From positions 2,688,001-2,752,000 of the forward strand of contig OZ220741.1 in the NCBI GenBank assembly GCA_965116885.1: a stretch of DNA of 64,000 bases, read 5' to 3'. Below the pieces are notes generated by a model, which worked only from the letters and a program-made list of their open reading frames with translations, made no database searches and was not told the origin of the DNA. This stretch comes from Candidatus Latescibacterota bacterium. Its GTDB lineage: Bacteria; Latescibacterota; UBA2968. The position numbers were made by a program, and so were the translations under genes. Position 1 is the stretch's first letter. Each line of letters opens with the position of its first letter. This document shows positions 47,562 through 56,134 of this stretch, piece by piece.

Positions 47562-47627
47562 CGGGCGGGCACAGGGGCACCGCCCCTACAACTGAACTAT
47601 GTAGGGACAACCCCCTGTGGTTGTCCT
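47562..47627. repeat. Back-to-back pair of GTAG-type REP-like palindromes
   Basis: Minus strand GTAGGGGCGGTGCCCCTGTGCCCGCCCG, then plus strand GTAGGGACAACCCCCTGTGGTTGTCC. Confidence 0.75.
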
Positions 47628-47670
47628 TGCGTCGATAAACTGCTGATAAAATTTACAATCTATTTAATAG

Positions 47671-47705
47671 ATCCGGAGATACACATTGTGTCTCCGGATT
47701 TTTTT
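47671..47705 (+). terminator. Intrinsic terminator after the two-component operon
   Basis: ATCCGGAGATACA-CAT-TGTGTCTCCGGAT followed by a T-tract. Confidence 0.75.
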
Positions 47706-47715
47706 GTGCCTGCTG

Positions 47716-47753
47716 TGCAATACGGGGTTTGCAGGTGCAATATTTAGTTTGCA
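47716..47753. promoter_or_regulatory. Twin palindromic enhancer (UAS) sites
   Basis: TGCAA-TACGGGGT-TTGCA (47716-47733) and TGCAA-TATTTAGT-TTGCA (47736-47753), 20-bp period. Confidence 0.7.
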
Positions 47754-47817
47754 CTGATTGGGCGATTTTTAGGGGGGATAACAAAGAAAATAGCCTTTTT
47801 CAGGGGTAAAATGGTTT

Positions 47818-47833
47818 TGGCACGGGATTTGCA
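47818..47833 (+). promoter_or_regulatory. Sigma-54 (-24/-12) promoter
   Basis: TGGCAC-GGGAT-TTGCA, an exact match to TGGCAC-N5-TTGCW, next to a GAFTGA activator gene. Confidence 0.85.
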
Positions 47834-47889
47834 TATGACGTGTTGTGACCGAGAAGTTTGAGATGTGAATCTTTTAGAAGGAGGCTGAG

Positions 47890-48537
47890 ATGTCAACGCT
47901 TACATCGACGTTTGCGACCGCGTTTCCGGGTCAGGTGGCCAATTTGATTACTGCGGGCAGAGTGGTTCTGCTGTTTCTGGCGACGGCTTTTGCCGTGTCT
48001 GGAGATGTGATGTTGGCCTGGGTTGCGGTGCCGCTCGCTTTTGTCGCGCTGGTGATGGATTGGCTGGATGGGTATCTCGCGCGGCGATTGGGGTGCGAGA
48101 GCAAGGTCGGGGGCTTGCTGGATATTGTGGGGGATCGGATTGCGGAGAATGTGTGGTGGGTGGTGTTTGCGTGGTTGCATGTCATTCCGCTTTGGGTGCC
48201 GATTGTGGTGCTTAGCAGGGGGTTTGTGACAGATGCGATTCGCAGTTGTGCCCTGACCAAAGGGTTCACGGCGTTTGGCGAGTCAACGATGATGAAGTCG
48301 CGGATTGGGTTCGCGCTGGTTGCCTCGCGCGTGAGCCGAGCGACGTATGGAACGTCCAAGGTGGTCGCGTTTGTGCTGTTGTTCAGCCTGAATGCGGCAC
48401 AGGAGATGTCGGGTTTGGCGCCCGCATTTTTATCCTATCTCGAACTGGTTGCTGTGGCGGCGACGTATCTGACGGTCGCGCTTTGTGTTATTCGGGCGAT
48501 TCCAGTGGTTACGGCTGCCAAACGGGTTGTTGTGTAA
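47890..48537 (+). CDS. CDP-alcohol phosphatidyltransferase family protein
   Basis: ANLITAGR, DWLDGYLARR...GGLLDIVGDR signature. AGGAGG SD. Confidence 0.9.
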   Translation: MSTLTSTFATAFPGQVANLITAGRVVLLFLATAFAVSGDVMLAWVAVPLAFVALVMDWLDGYLARRLGCESKVGGLLDIVGDRIAENVWWVVFAWLHVIPLWVPIVVLSRGFVTDAIRSCALTKGFTAFGESTMMKSRIGFALVASRVSRATYGTSKVVAFVLLFSLNAAQEMSGLAPAFLSYLELVAVAATYLTVALCVIRAIPVVTAAKRVVV

Positions 48538-48676
48538 GGTAGTGGTTGAGTTACTACCCCTGACTCCCTCTGTGTTCATTCGTGTTCATCTGTGGTTGCA
48601 TTTTGGGGGATGACGGAGCGGGGTTCGTCTATTCGTAGATTCGTCTATTCGTTGATTCGATTTTCAGGAGAATGAC

Positions 48677-49681
48677 ATGAAACAGGGAACGCATATTGTA
48701 CTTTGTCTGATAGGGTTTGCCAGTTTGGGTGTGCTTTTGTACCAGCTCAGTACCCCAGAGGTGTGGCAGCATGTTTTGATGATGGGCTGGGGCTATGTGC
48801 CTGTGATCGGTCTGTCGCTAATGGTATTTGTTCATCATGCGTGGATATGGCGGGCGTGCTTTGATCGCGGGGCGAAGAGGCCGCGTTTGAGGCAGTTGCT
48901 GTGGGTGCAGTTGGCTGGCGAGGCGGTGGGCAATGTGGCGCCGGCATCGCAGGTTGGCAAGGAGGTCGGCAAGGCGATTGTGCTGAAAGATAAGATGTGC
49001 GTTTCCCGCGGGGTGTCATCGCTGGTGGTCAATAAGACGGGCGAGATGATTGGTGGGGTGATTTTTGTGATCGGTGGTGTTGTGATAGGTTTGCAGCGGT
49101 TTTCGTGGCCGGCTGAGGTGCGGGGCGCTCTGATCGCTGTTCTGGCGCTGTCTGTCCTGGGGGTAGTTTGGACGGTTTTCAGGCAGCGCCGAAGTCCTTT
49201 TGCGCGGTTTTTGAATTTGATGCTGTGGTTGCGGCTCAGGTTTTTGGAGCGGTTCCGCGATCGCGCAGTGGAGATTGACGAGAATTTGGCGCAGTTTTAT
49301 CGGCTGAATAGGTGGCGTTTGGTGGGGTTGTTGGGCTTACATCTGTTGGGCTGGTTTCTGGGGACGCTGGAGATCTATGTGATTCTTTATGTGCTGGGTG
49401 AACCGATGCCGTTTGTTTGGGTGTATCTGTTCCACGCGCTGATGGTCGTGATTAACGCGGCGTTCTTTTTTGTTCCGCTCGGGATGGGCGTTTTTGAAGG
49501 CGGGCATGTGTTTTTGTTTCATTTGATGGGTTTGGATCCAAAGATGGGTTTGGCTGTGGGCATTGTTCGGCGGATTCGGAGGCTTTTCTGGATGCAGGTG
49601 GGTTTAACGCTGCTGCTGATCGGACCGCGGGGCAAGGGGGCTGATGCGGCGCCGAAAAATGATAGCCTTCAGCAGGTGTAG
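48677..49681 (+). CDS. Lysylphosphatidylglycerol synthase TM / flippase-like membrane protein (UPF0104 type)
   Basis: Multi-TM, LAGEAVGNVAPASQVG, FFVPLGMGVFEGG, IVRRIRRLFW. Confidence 0.8.
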   Translation: MKQGTHIVLCLIGFASLGVLLYQLSTPEVWQHVLMMGWGYVPVIGLSLMVFVHHAWIWRACFDRGAKRPRLRQLLWVQLAGEAVGNVAPASQVGKEVGKAIVLKDKMCVSRGVSSLVVNKTGEMIGGVIFVIGGVVIGLQRFSWPAEVRGALIAVLALSVLGVVWTVFRQRRSPFARFLNLMLWLRLRFLERFRDRAVEIDENLAQFYRLNRWRLVGLLGLHLLGWFLGTLEIYVILYVLGEPMPFVWVYLFHALMVVINAAFFFVPLGMGVFEGGHVFLFHLMGLDPKMGLAVGIVRRIRRLFWMQVGLTLLLIGPRGKGADAAPKNDSLQQV

Positions 49682-49720
49682 ATGTTCATGCACGACAGAC
49701 ATTAAAAAAAGGAGAAAATA

Positions 49721-50248
49721 ATGACACGCTCGATTTCTTATCTGATCTGTGTCCTTTCGATTGTGACCTTCAGTTTTTCAGCTCAGGCGAAAAAGACTGA
49801 TCTCACCAAGAGTTATGGTATTGGTCTTCAGGGCGCGACACCCACATTTGGTGGGATTAGTTTTCGCTATAACGGACTGGCACCCGTATATCTTCAAGCC
49901 GTTGGGCGTTTTATTCTCAATGGTCAGTATAGCGACCATATGTTGGGCGCTGGCGTTTCGTATGCCATATTCGAGCATCAAAGCCGGTGGAACATATCCC
50001 GACTTCATTTCACGCTCGAAGGTGGCTGGCAAGAGAAAAAAGAGGAGGATCTCCGCCAGGAGACTGTCAAAACCACGACGCTGGGAACTGGACTCGCTTT
50101 TGGAGGCGAGATTGTGTTTTCACTTGGGGGGATTCCTCTCGGTTTGAATGTGGAAATCGGTCAGGGGTTTGGTCGGGAAAAAATCGGCTCTCAATCTAAG
50201 GGTCTCGCTGGTGTTTATGCAGGCGGGGGAATACATGCCTATTTTTAG
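49721..50248 (+). CDS. Small secreted protein, probable outer-membrane beta-barrel
   Basis: Signal peptide (AQA), Gly/aromatic alternating strands, C-terminal GGGIHAYF. Confidence 0.7.
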   Translation: MTRSISYLICVLSIVTFSFSAQAKKTDLTKSYGIGLQGATPTFGGISFRYNGLAPVYLQAVGRFILNGQYSDHMLGAGVSYAIFEHQSRWNISRLHFTLEGGWQEKKEEDLRQETVKTTTLGTGLAFGGEIVFSLGGIPLGLNVEIGQGFGREKIGSQSKGLAGVYAGGGIHAYF

Positions 50249-51086
50249 GTCTCTTTCTATTGTTATGGTCATGGCAATCCTGATCAATGCGATGGCTCCC
50301 ACGCTCGCGTATGCAGCCACATACCTGCAAGGCGCAGAGGTCAATGCCAATACGCTGATCCGAGATGCCTACGTTGCGGTTACTTATTACGATAGCAAGG
50401 GCAAACAGGAATTGGAGAAGGGGTGGATTTATGCTATTGACGAGACCGCGTTTAAGATTCGGAGCAGAGCAATTTTCGGAAAGAAGACCATTGCTTATGA
50501 CAAAGTCAGGTCAGTGATCATGAGCGACGAATCTACCACACCGACAAAACAAATCAATGAAGTGGATCGGTTTATGAGAAAACGAGAGATAGAGCAAGCA
50601 AAACAAGATAGGGAACAGGCCGCATACATCGGGTTAACTAAATACGATACCAGGGTGCGTGTGCAGGCTCCGTCAATTCAGAAGAGACGGATAATTGGCA
50701 AACTTGTCAAAATGACGCAGGACACACTCGTTATCCAAAGGGGACGCACATTTTTTCAAGTATCCCGTTCTGATATCTCCAATTTCGAAGTGAATATTGG
50801 ACAGCATAGAAACACAGATAAAGGGATGAAATTCGGTATTGCCCTCGGTCTTGCAGTCCTCATTCCAGTCGCGATTGCCGATGCGAGAGAGGGAGGCGAA
50901 TTGCAAGGACTTCCCACATACTTCACCGCAACATACGTCTCTATACCGATATGTATTCTATCCACCCTTATTGGTGCTGCAACAAAATCTGATACCTGGG
51001 TCAAAATGCCGCCTCAACACCTTAACCTGAGTCTTGCCCCCACATCTACAAAAGGGCTACACGCCGCGCTTACGTTTAATTTTTAG
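50235..51086 (+). CDS. Secreted modular protein, paralog of 53551..54642
   Basis: Signal peptide, two small beta-rich modules, two hydrophobic helices, end LNLSLAPTSTKGLHAALTFNF. Confidence 0.75.
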   Translation: MPIFRSLSIVMVMAILINAMAPTLAYAATYLQGAEVNANTLIRDAYVAVTYYDSKGKQELEKGWIYAIDETAFKIRSRAIFGKKTIAYDKVRSVIMSDESTTPTKQINEVDRFMRKREIEQAKQDREQAAYIGLTKYDTRVRVQAPSIQKRRIIGKLVKMTQDTLVIQRGRTFFQVSRSDISNFEVNIGQHRNTDKGMKFGIALGLAVLIPVAIADAREGGELQGLPTYFTATYVSIPICILSTLIGAATKSDTWVKMPPQHLNLSLAPTSTKGLHAALTFNF

Positions 51087-51156
51087 TGAGATTCACTTTA
51101 GCCGCAAATTACTCTTAGTGTTGGGGATCACGTCCTTTATTCGACAGGAGAAGTTC

Positions 51157-52068
51157 ATGGCACGAATGGTTGTTATGGTTTTGTTTCTGGGCGCATGTAT
51201 GCCAATGATCTTGCAGGCAGAAGTAGTTCTGGAAGTCAGTGAGATTGACAGTAGCAAGGTCGGCGCGTATGTGGTAATCATTTATGGGGAAGGAGAGAGG
51301 CATCCGGTCTCTGGGAGGTGGGAAAGAATGGCTACTGTGAGAGGATATATCAAGATGATTGATTCAGAACGGTTGATCATCGGCATTCATTCTTGGAAGA
51401 CGGAGATTGAGCGTGACCAAATTCACAAGCTGACCATTGTGGTTTCTGCACAGGAAAGAACGGGAAAGCAGCGTTCCTTGAGAGTACGGTACAGACCAAA
51501 TCTAACGCTTGAAGCCGATTATTTTGGGGGCGTCGATAAAGCGAACACCGGATACTTCATTTTCGGTGAGAGACATCAAAAGGCACTGCCCTGGTCCGCA
51601 TCGGTCTATTTCGGCGATTTCTTTTCAAGTGAAAGAAGTTCACGCATTGGGCTAAGATATGCCTATCGAAAAGTGCATATCTTCCCGGAATCTCCTGACT
51701 TAGAGCATGTAAATCCATATCCTCCAAGTGCCGCTGAGCTTAGACGACGTGTGGAGGGTATCACGGGACAGTTGATTTCGTTATTGCTGGTCACTCAATA
51801 TGCCCTCTATAAGAGTAAATACGCTGCCGTAATGGCCGATCTTGCGTTTGGTTTATCTTTTGAGAAATACTACTACATTCGCGGAGGGGATCCGTTCGGA
51901 CCTGAAGCTACCCGTCCACAGGGTTCGGTAGGTGTCACTCTCTTAATACCTATTCATCCGCATATCGGTGTGCAAGCCACTGCGCGAGCAGACTTATTTT
52001 GGGAGTATTTGGGAAATTATTTTGTGAAGGGGAAGTCCGTGGCGGTTGGACCGTTTTTGAGATTTTAA
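51157..52068 (+). CDS. Secreted protein: shared N-terminal module + probable beta-barrel C-terminus
   Basis: AGGAG SD. N-terminus is paralogous to 52106. Ends SVAVGPFLRF. Confidence 0.7.
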   Translation: MARMVVMVLFLGACMPMILQAEVVLEVSEIDSSKVGAYVVIIYGEGERHPVSGRWERMATVRGYIKMIDSERLIIGIHSWKTEIERDQIHKLTIVVSAQERTGKQRSLRVRYRPNLTLEADYFGGVDKANTGYFIFGERHQKALPWSASVYFGDFFSSERSSRIGLRYAYRKVHIFPESPDLEHVNPYPPSAAELRRRVEGITGQLISLLLVTQYALYKSKYAAVMADLAFGLSFEKYYYIRGGDPFGPEATRPQGSVGVTLLIPIHPHIGVQATARADLFWEYLGNYFVKGKSVAVGPFLRF

Positions 52069-52105
52069 GAAGTTCTGTGTTCAAGTATTTTGACAGGCGA
52101 AATTT

Positions 52106-52909
52106 ATGGTACGAATAGCAACAATCATTTTGTTTCTGGGCATGTGTATGCCAGAGGTCTTGCCAGCAGAGATGGTCCTTGAAGCCGGTGAGATTGATAG
52201 CAGTAAGGTTGAAGTCGGTGCCTATGTCGAGGTCATCTATGGAACTGGTAAACGGGATCAAGTCTCAGGGAAGTGGGAGAGGCTGGACACTGTACGGGGA
52301 TATATCAAAGCTGTTGATGCTGAGAGTTTGACTATTGGACGTGGTTTTTGGAAGGAGCAGATAGTCTTTGAGCGCATTCAAAAGCTGACCATTGCAGAGT
52401 CTGACCGTGAAATAGACAGGCTTAAAGAGACGACTGATTCGCCCTCTGTGAGAAAAGAGAATGGGTATTCGCGAATGACCAAAAAGTTGGGCTGCGGTGC
52501 TCTTGCTGGGTTCTTATCCGGCATTGTAGGGACCGGAATCGTTGCAGCGATGGATGACTGCCATTCTCAATCTAAAGATATAGGATGTTTGATTCTACCA
52601 TTTGCAATCGGTGGAGGGATTGGCTGGGTAGTCGGTGTGCCCGTCGGCGTGAGCTTATGTGATCCACATGATCGGTTTACCTATTCATTGGCAGGTAGCC
52701 TGATAGGAAGTACAGTAAGTCTTGCGGTGCTCAAGATGGACGAAAAAATCGCAGAAGACCTCTGGCCGGCCCTTGTTATCAGTCCCCTTATTGGCGCGGC
52801 GATCATGTCCGAGTTGTTCCGCAAACCGTTAGAGGATCGTCGTGTCTCTATCGGTCTGCTGCCCGGTCCCAAAGGTAGGGTATTCGCTGTTGCTACGCTT
52901 CGATTTTGA
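52106..52909 (+). CDS. Secreted protein: shared N-terminal module + Gly-rich hydrophobic helices
   Basis: EIDSSKVEVGAYVEVIYG...TVRGYIKAVD module. Ends RVSIGLLPGPKGRVFAVATLRF. Confidence 0.7.
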   Translation: MVRIATIILFLGMCMPEVLPAEMVLEAGEIDSSKVEVGAYVEVIYGTGKRDQVSGKWERLDTVRGYIKAVDAESLTIGRGFWKEQIVFERIQKLTIAESDREIDRLKETTDSPSVRKENGYSRMTKKLGCGALAGFLSGIVGTGIVAAMDDCHSQSKDIGCLILPFAIGGGIGWVVGVPVGVSLCDPHDRFTYSLAGSLIGSTVSLAVLKMDEKIAEDLWPALVISPLIGAAIMSELFRKPLEDRRVSIGLLPGPKGRVFAVATLRF

Positions 52910-52994
52910 GTTTGCTGCTGTCTCAAAAGGAAAAATCTATAAAAAAAAGGCGACTCTGATGGACACCTGAAATAATGCCTTAGTATCTCACACT

Positions 52995-53261
52995 TTACAT
53001 ACGCTGTTTGGCGGGGCGTGCAGGTACGCCCATCAACATGCCTTTTGCACTGATGTCTTCGTCAATATCCGGCCAGTGAACGCCCTGACCATCGCCGATA
53101 AATTCATAGTTTTCACGCTGAGTAGGCGTTGCGTCTGCAAGTCGCCAGGACCAGACGAGCGGTACACTGATTGTTCGACCATCCACCAAATCCGCGATGA
53201 TCAATTCCTCAGTGATCTCAATGGCTTTGATGCGCGGTTCCGTATTATTCACAGTGTTCAC
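52995..53261 (-). CDS. DUF2442-family protein (putative TA component)
   Basis: LVDGRTISVPLVWSWRLADATPTQRENYE...GVHWPDIDEDIS. Confidence 0.85.
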   Translation of the reverse strand: MNTVNNTEPRIKAIEITEELIIADLVDGRTISVPLVWSWRLADATPTQRENYEFIGDGQGVHWPDIDEDISAKGMLMGVPARPAKQRM

Positions 53262-53481
53262 GCCATGCCTCCAAAATTATCACGTAGTTAGATTGGATTA
53301 ACCGCCGGATTTCATTCAGTTCATGAGGGGGGAAACCGTAATTTTTGCACAACGCAATGGGTTCGAGCCAATATTTGCATGTTCTTCTGTCTCGTCTCAC
53401 ATGCACATGTCGAGGTTCATGACAGTCAAAACTATAAAAGAAAAATCGATATGGCCCCTGTATGTTGCTGACCCTTGGCAT
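53245..53481 (-). CDS. DUF4160-family protein (putative TA component)
   Basis: GPYRFFFYSFDCHEPRHVHV...KYWLEP...AWREH. Overlaps the DUF2442 gene. Confidence 0.85.
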   Translation of the reverse strand: MPRVSNIQGPYRFFFYSFDCHEPRHVHVRRDRRTCKYWLEPIALCKNYGFPPHELNEIRRLIQSNYVIILEAWREHCE

Positions 53482-53550
53482 TATGACCTCCAGCCTGAAT
53501 TAGATTACTCAATATTCAAGGTTATATCAACAAAAAAATAGGAGAATCTC

Positions 53551-54642
53551 ATGTGCACAGAGCACAATGTTCGTCAAGCCATCGCCATCCTGGTCACTAC
53601 AGCCCTCTTGCTCAACGCGATAGCTCCCACGCTCGCGCATGCAGCCACATACTTGCAAGGCGTGGAGGCCAATGCCAATACTTTGGTCCGAGATGCCTAT
53701 GTGCAAGTCACCTATCGCAACCACAACGGTGAGGAAAAAACGGAGAGAGGATGGATTGATGCAGTTGGTGAAACTTCGTTTACAATTCGCAGTGGACATT
53801 GGACCAAGAAAACCATTACATACGCCAAAGTGCTGTCCGTGATTATGAGTGAAGAATCAACCACGCTAAAGCAGATGAATGAGGTGAATCGGTTTATTGG
53901 AGAGAGAAAAAAAGAGGAAGAGTTGAAGGCCATCACGGTCATGTCACGCGGGCAGATTGATCCTGCAAAGATTACGAAGAGATGGTATGCCCATGCCATC
54001 TACATGAGAAAAAAAATAAAAAAAACAGCAACTGGAAAGATTATCCATAAGGACTCAGACCGTATTGTAATCCAAAATAGGGAGGAGTTCTGGAAAAGCT
54101 GGAAAATAGCATACAGCGAGATTGATAGACTCGCTATTGCGAAACATCAACGAGATATTGAAGGATGGATGGTTATGCAATTGCTCCATGAGGGAAATGC
54201 CAAAGTGCGCGCCCGTGTTCCTTCAATTCAAAAGCAATGGATGATTGGTAAGGTTGAAAAAATGACGCAAGACACACTCGTTGTCCGTGGAGAACTTGCA
54301 CTTTATGGACGTAAGGTGCCTCTTTCTTCAATTTCCGATTTTGAAGTGAACATTGGACAGCATAGAAACACGGGGAAAGGCTCTATATTCGGTTTGGCTC
54401 TCGGTCTTGCCGTCCTTGCTCCAGTTGCGATAGCAGACGCGAGAGATGAGGACGAATGGCAAAGATTTGCCACAATCAGGACCGCGACGTTTATATCTCT
54501 ACCTATTTGGGTTCTCTCCACTATCATTGGTGCTACAATAAAAACCGATAAATGGGTCGAGGTGCCGCCTCAACGTCTCAATCTGAGCGTTGCACCCACA
54601 TCTGCAAAAGGACTTCGCGCCGCACTCACGTTTAATTTTTGA
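53551..54642 (+). CDS. Secreted modular protein, paralog of 50235..51086 with one extra module
   Basis: APTLAHAATYLQGVEANANTLVRDAYV, extra GQIDPAKI...AYSEIDRLAIA module, end LNLSVAPTSAKGLRAALTFNF. Confidence 0.75.
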   Translation: MCTEHNVRQAIAILVTTALLLNAIAPTLAHAATYLQGVEANANTLVRDAYVQVTYRNHNGEEKTERGWIDAVGETSFTIRSGHWTKKTITYAKVLSVIMSEESTTLKQMNEVNRFIGERKKEEELKAITVMSRGQIDPAKITKRWYAHAIYMRKKIKKTATGKIIHKDSDRIVIQNREEFWKSWKIAYSEIDRLAIAKHQRDIEGWMVMQLLHEGNAKVRARVPSIQKQWMIGKVEKMTQDTLVVRGELALYGRKVPLSSISDFEVNIGQHRNTGKGSIFGLALGLAVLAPVAIADARDEDEWQRFATIRTATFISLPIWVLSTIIGATIKTDKWVEVPPQRLNLSVAPTSAKGLRAALTFNF

Positions 54643-54651
54643 TTCAAGGAT

Positions 54652-55422
54652 TTATTTTTTTTTTGAATCCAACACGCGGAATCCATATCGCTGAAAGATC
54701 GCAGCCGCTGTGTCTGATTGAAGAAAGTGCATGGCGGCTTTGACTGTTTGTGTGCGCCGTCCTTTTACGATGGCGATTGGATATACAATGGGTGTGCTCA
54801 ATAGGGAATCGGGCAGTGTGGCGATTACCGCGACGCCAGCGCTGATTGTCGCGTCTGTGGCATAGACAATGCCGGCTGCACATTCACCGCGGGCGACCAG
54901 TGTGAGTGCGCCGCGCACGTCCATTGCCGGGGCGATGCGGTTTTTGAGCAGGGTCCACCAACCCAATTTTTTCAGGGCTTCTACAGCGTAGATACCCGCA
55001 GGTACATGAGAGGGGTCGCCCAGGGATAGTTGTCCGTCGAATGCGCCGGGGAAGTCAAAGTCCGCGTGGGGTTCGATATCGAATTTTTCATTTTTGGGGG
55101 AGATGATTACGAGGGCGTTGCCCAGGAGGTTGATTCGGGTATTGGGTTCGAGCAATTTTTCCGTTGCCAAAAAATCCATCCATTTTACATTAGCTGAGAA
55201 ATATATATCCGCAGGCGCACCCAGGGCTATCTGTTTGGCGAGGATCGAAGAACCGGCAAAAGACATTCGCAACGATATGCCCTGTTTTTCTGCGGTTTTG
55301 GAGAGGTCCTGCAGAGCACTTGTCAAGCTGGCTGCAGCATATACGGTCACGGGTTCGGCAAGGGCGATTCCACGCGTTGAGAGGCAAGTTGCGATGAAGA
55401 TGTAGATGAATAGTTTTTTCAT
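54652..55422 (-). CDS. modA: Molybdate ABC transporter substrate-binding protein
   Basis: VYAAASLT, FAGSSILAKQI..GAPADIYFSAN, GDPSHVPAGIYA, DVRGAL, GIVYATDA. Confidence 0.92.
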   Translation of the reverse strand: MKKLFIYIFIATCLSTRGIALAEPVTVYAAASLTSALQDLSKTAEKQGISLRMSFAGSSILAKQIALGAPADIYFSANVKWMDFLATEKLLEPNTRINLLGNALVIISPKNEKFDIEPHADFDFPGAFDGQLSLGDPSHVPAGIYAVEALKKLGWWTLLKNRIAPAMDVRGALTLVARGECAAGIVYATDATISAGVAVIATLPDSLLSTPIVYPIAIVKGRRTQTVKAAMHFLQSDTAAAIFQRYGFRVLDSKKK

Positions 55423-55439
55423 GAGATAAGGAGAATAGT

Positions 55440-56087
55440 ATGTCCGATTTTTGGATTCAAGATGGCGAGACGATGTTGTTTATTGGCGATAGTATTACGG
55501 ATTGTGGGCGGCGTGCGGCTGAGGCGCCGATGGGCAATGGGTATGTGCGGGCGTTTACAGAGATTGTGACGGCGCAGTTTCCCGAGCGAAAGATCAATTA
55601 TATCAATAGGGGAATTGGTGGTAATCGCGTGACGCATTTGCACGAGCGCTGGCGAGAAGACGTGATTGATCACGCGCCGGATAAGTTGTCGATTAAGATC
55701 GGGATTAATGATTTGCACAGCGTTTTGCGAGAGGCGGAGGATGCGGTTCCGCCCGCGCGATTTGAAGAATTGTACGATGCGATTTTGGATGCGACACAAC
55801 GGGAGATTGGGTGTCCTGTTGTGCTGATTACGCCGTTTTATATTTCCACGGATACATCCGGGGAGACGTTCCAGAGCGAGGTTATGGCGTTGATTCCGGA
55901 GTATATCGGCATTGTGGAGAAGATGAGCGAGAAGTACGGGACAAAGCTGTTGCGTTTGCACGATCTTTTCCAGGCGCATTTGAAATATAGAGGTTCAGAA
56001 ACTTTTTGTCCAGAGCCTGTGCATCCCAATCGGACAGGGCACTTTATTATTGCGGATGCGTTGTTTAAGATGCTGTGTAAAGGGTGA
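55440..56087 (+). CDS. SGNH/GDSL hydrolase
   Basis: FIGDSITD, NRGIGGN, IGIND, EPVHPN. Confidence 0.9.
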   Translation: MSDFWIQDGETMLFIGDSITDCGRRAAEAPMGNGYVRAFTEIVTAQFPERKINYINRGIGGNRVTHLHERWREDVIDHAPDKLSIKIGINDLHSVLREAEDAVPPARFEELYDAILDATQREIGCPVVLITPFYISTDTSGETFQSEVMALIPEYIGIVEKMSEKYGTKLLRLHDLFQAHLKYRGSETFCPEPVHPNRTGHFIIADALFKMLCKG

Positions 56088-56134
56088 GACTGAGGGGCAT
56101 ACCATATCGGCTTTCTTCAATTGGAGGCATATCA

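Noticed and set aside
46177..47610. 477-aa antisense ORF opposite the sigma-54 regulator (also 20675..21709, 35620..36624, 44076..45071)
   Set aside because: These are shadow ORFs of well-supported genes, with no recognisable motifs. They are expected from codon bias in GC-rich DNA.
50235..54642. Integron cassette array or DGR explanation for the paralog cluster
   Set aside because: I found no convincing attC (RYYYAAC...GTTRRRY) sites, integrase, reverse transcriptase or adenine-specific TR/VR pair.
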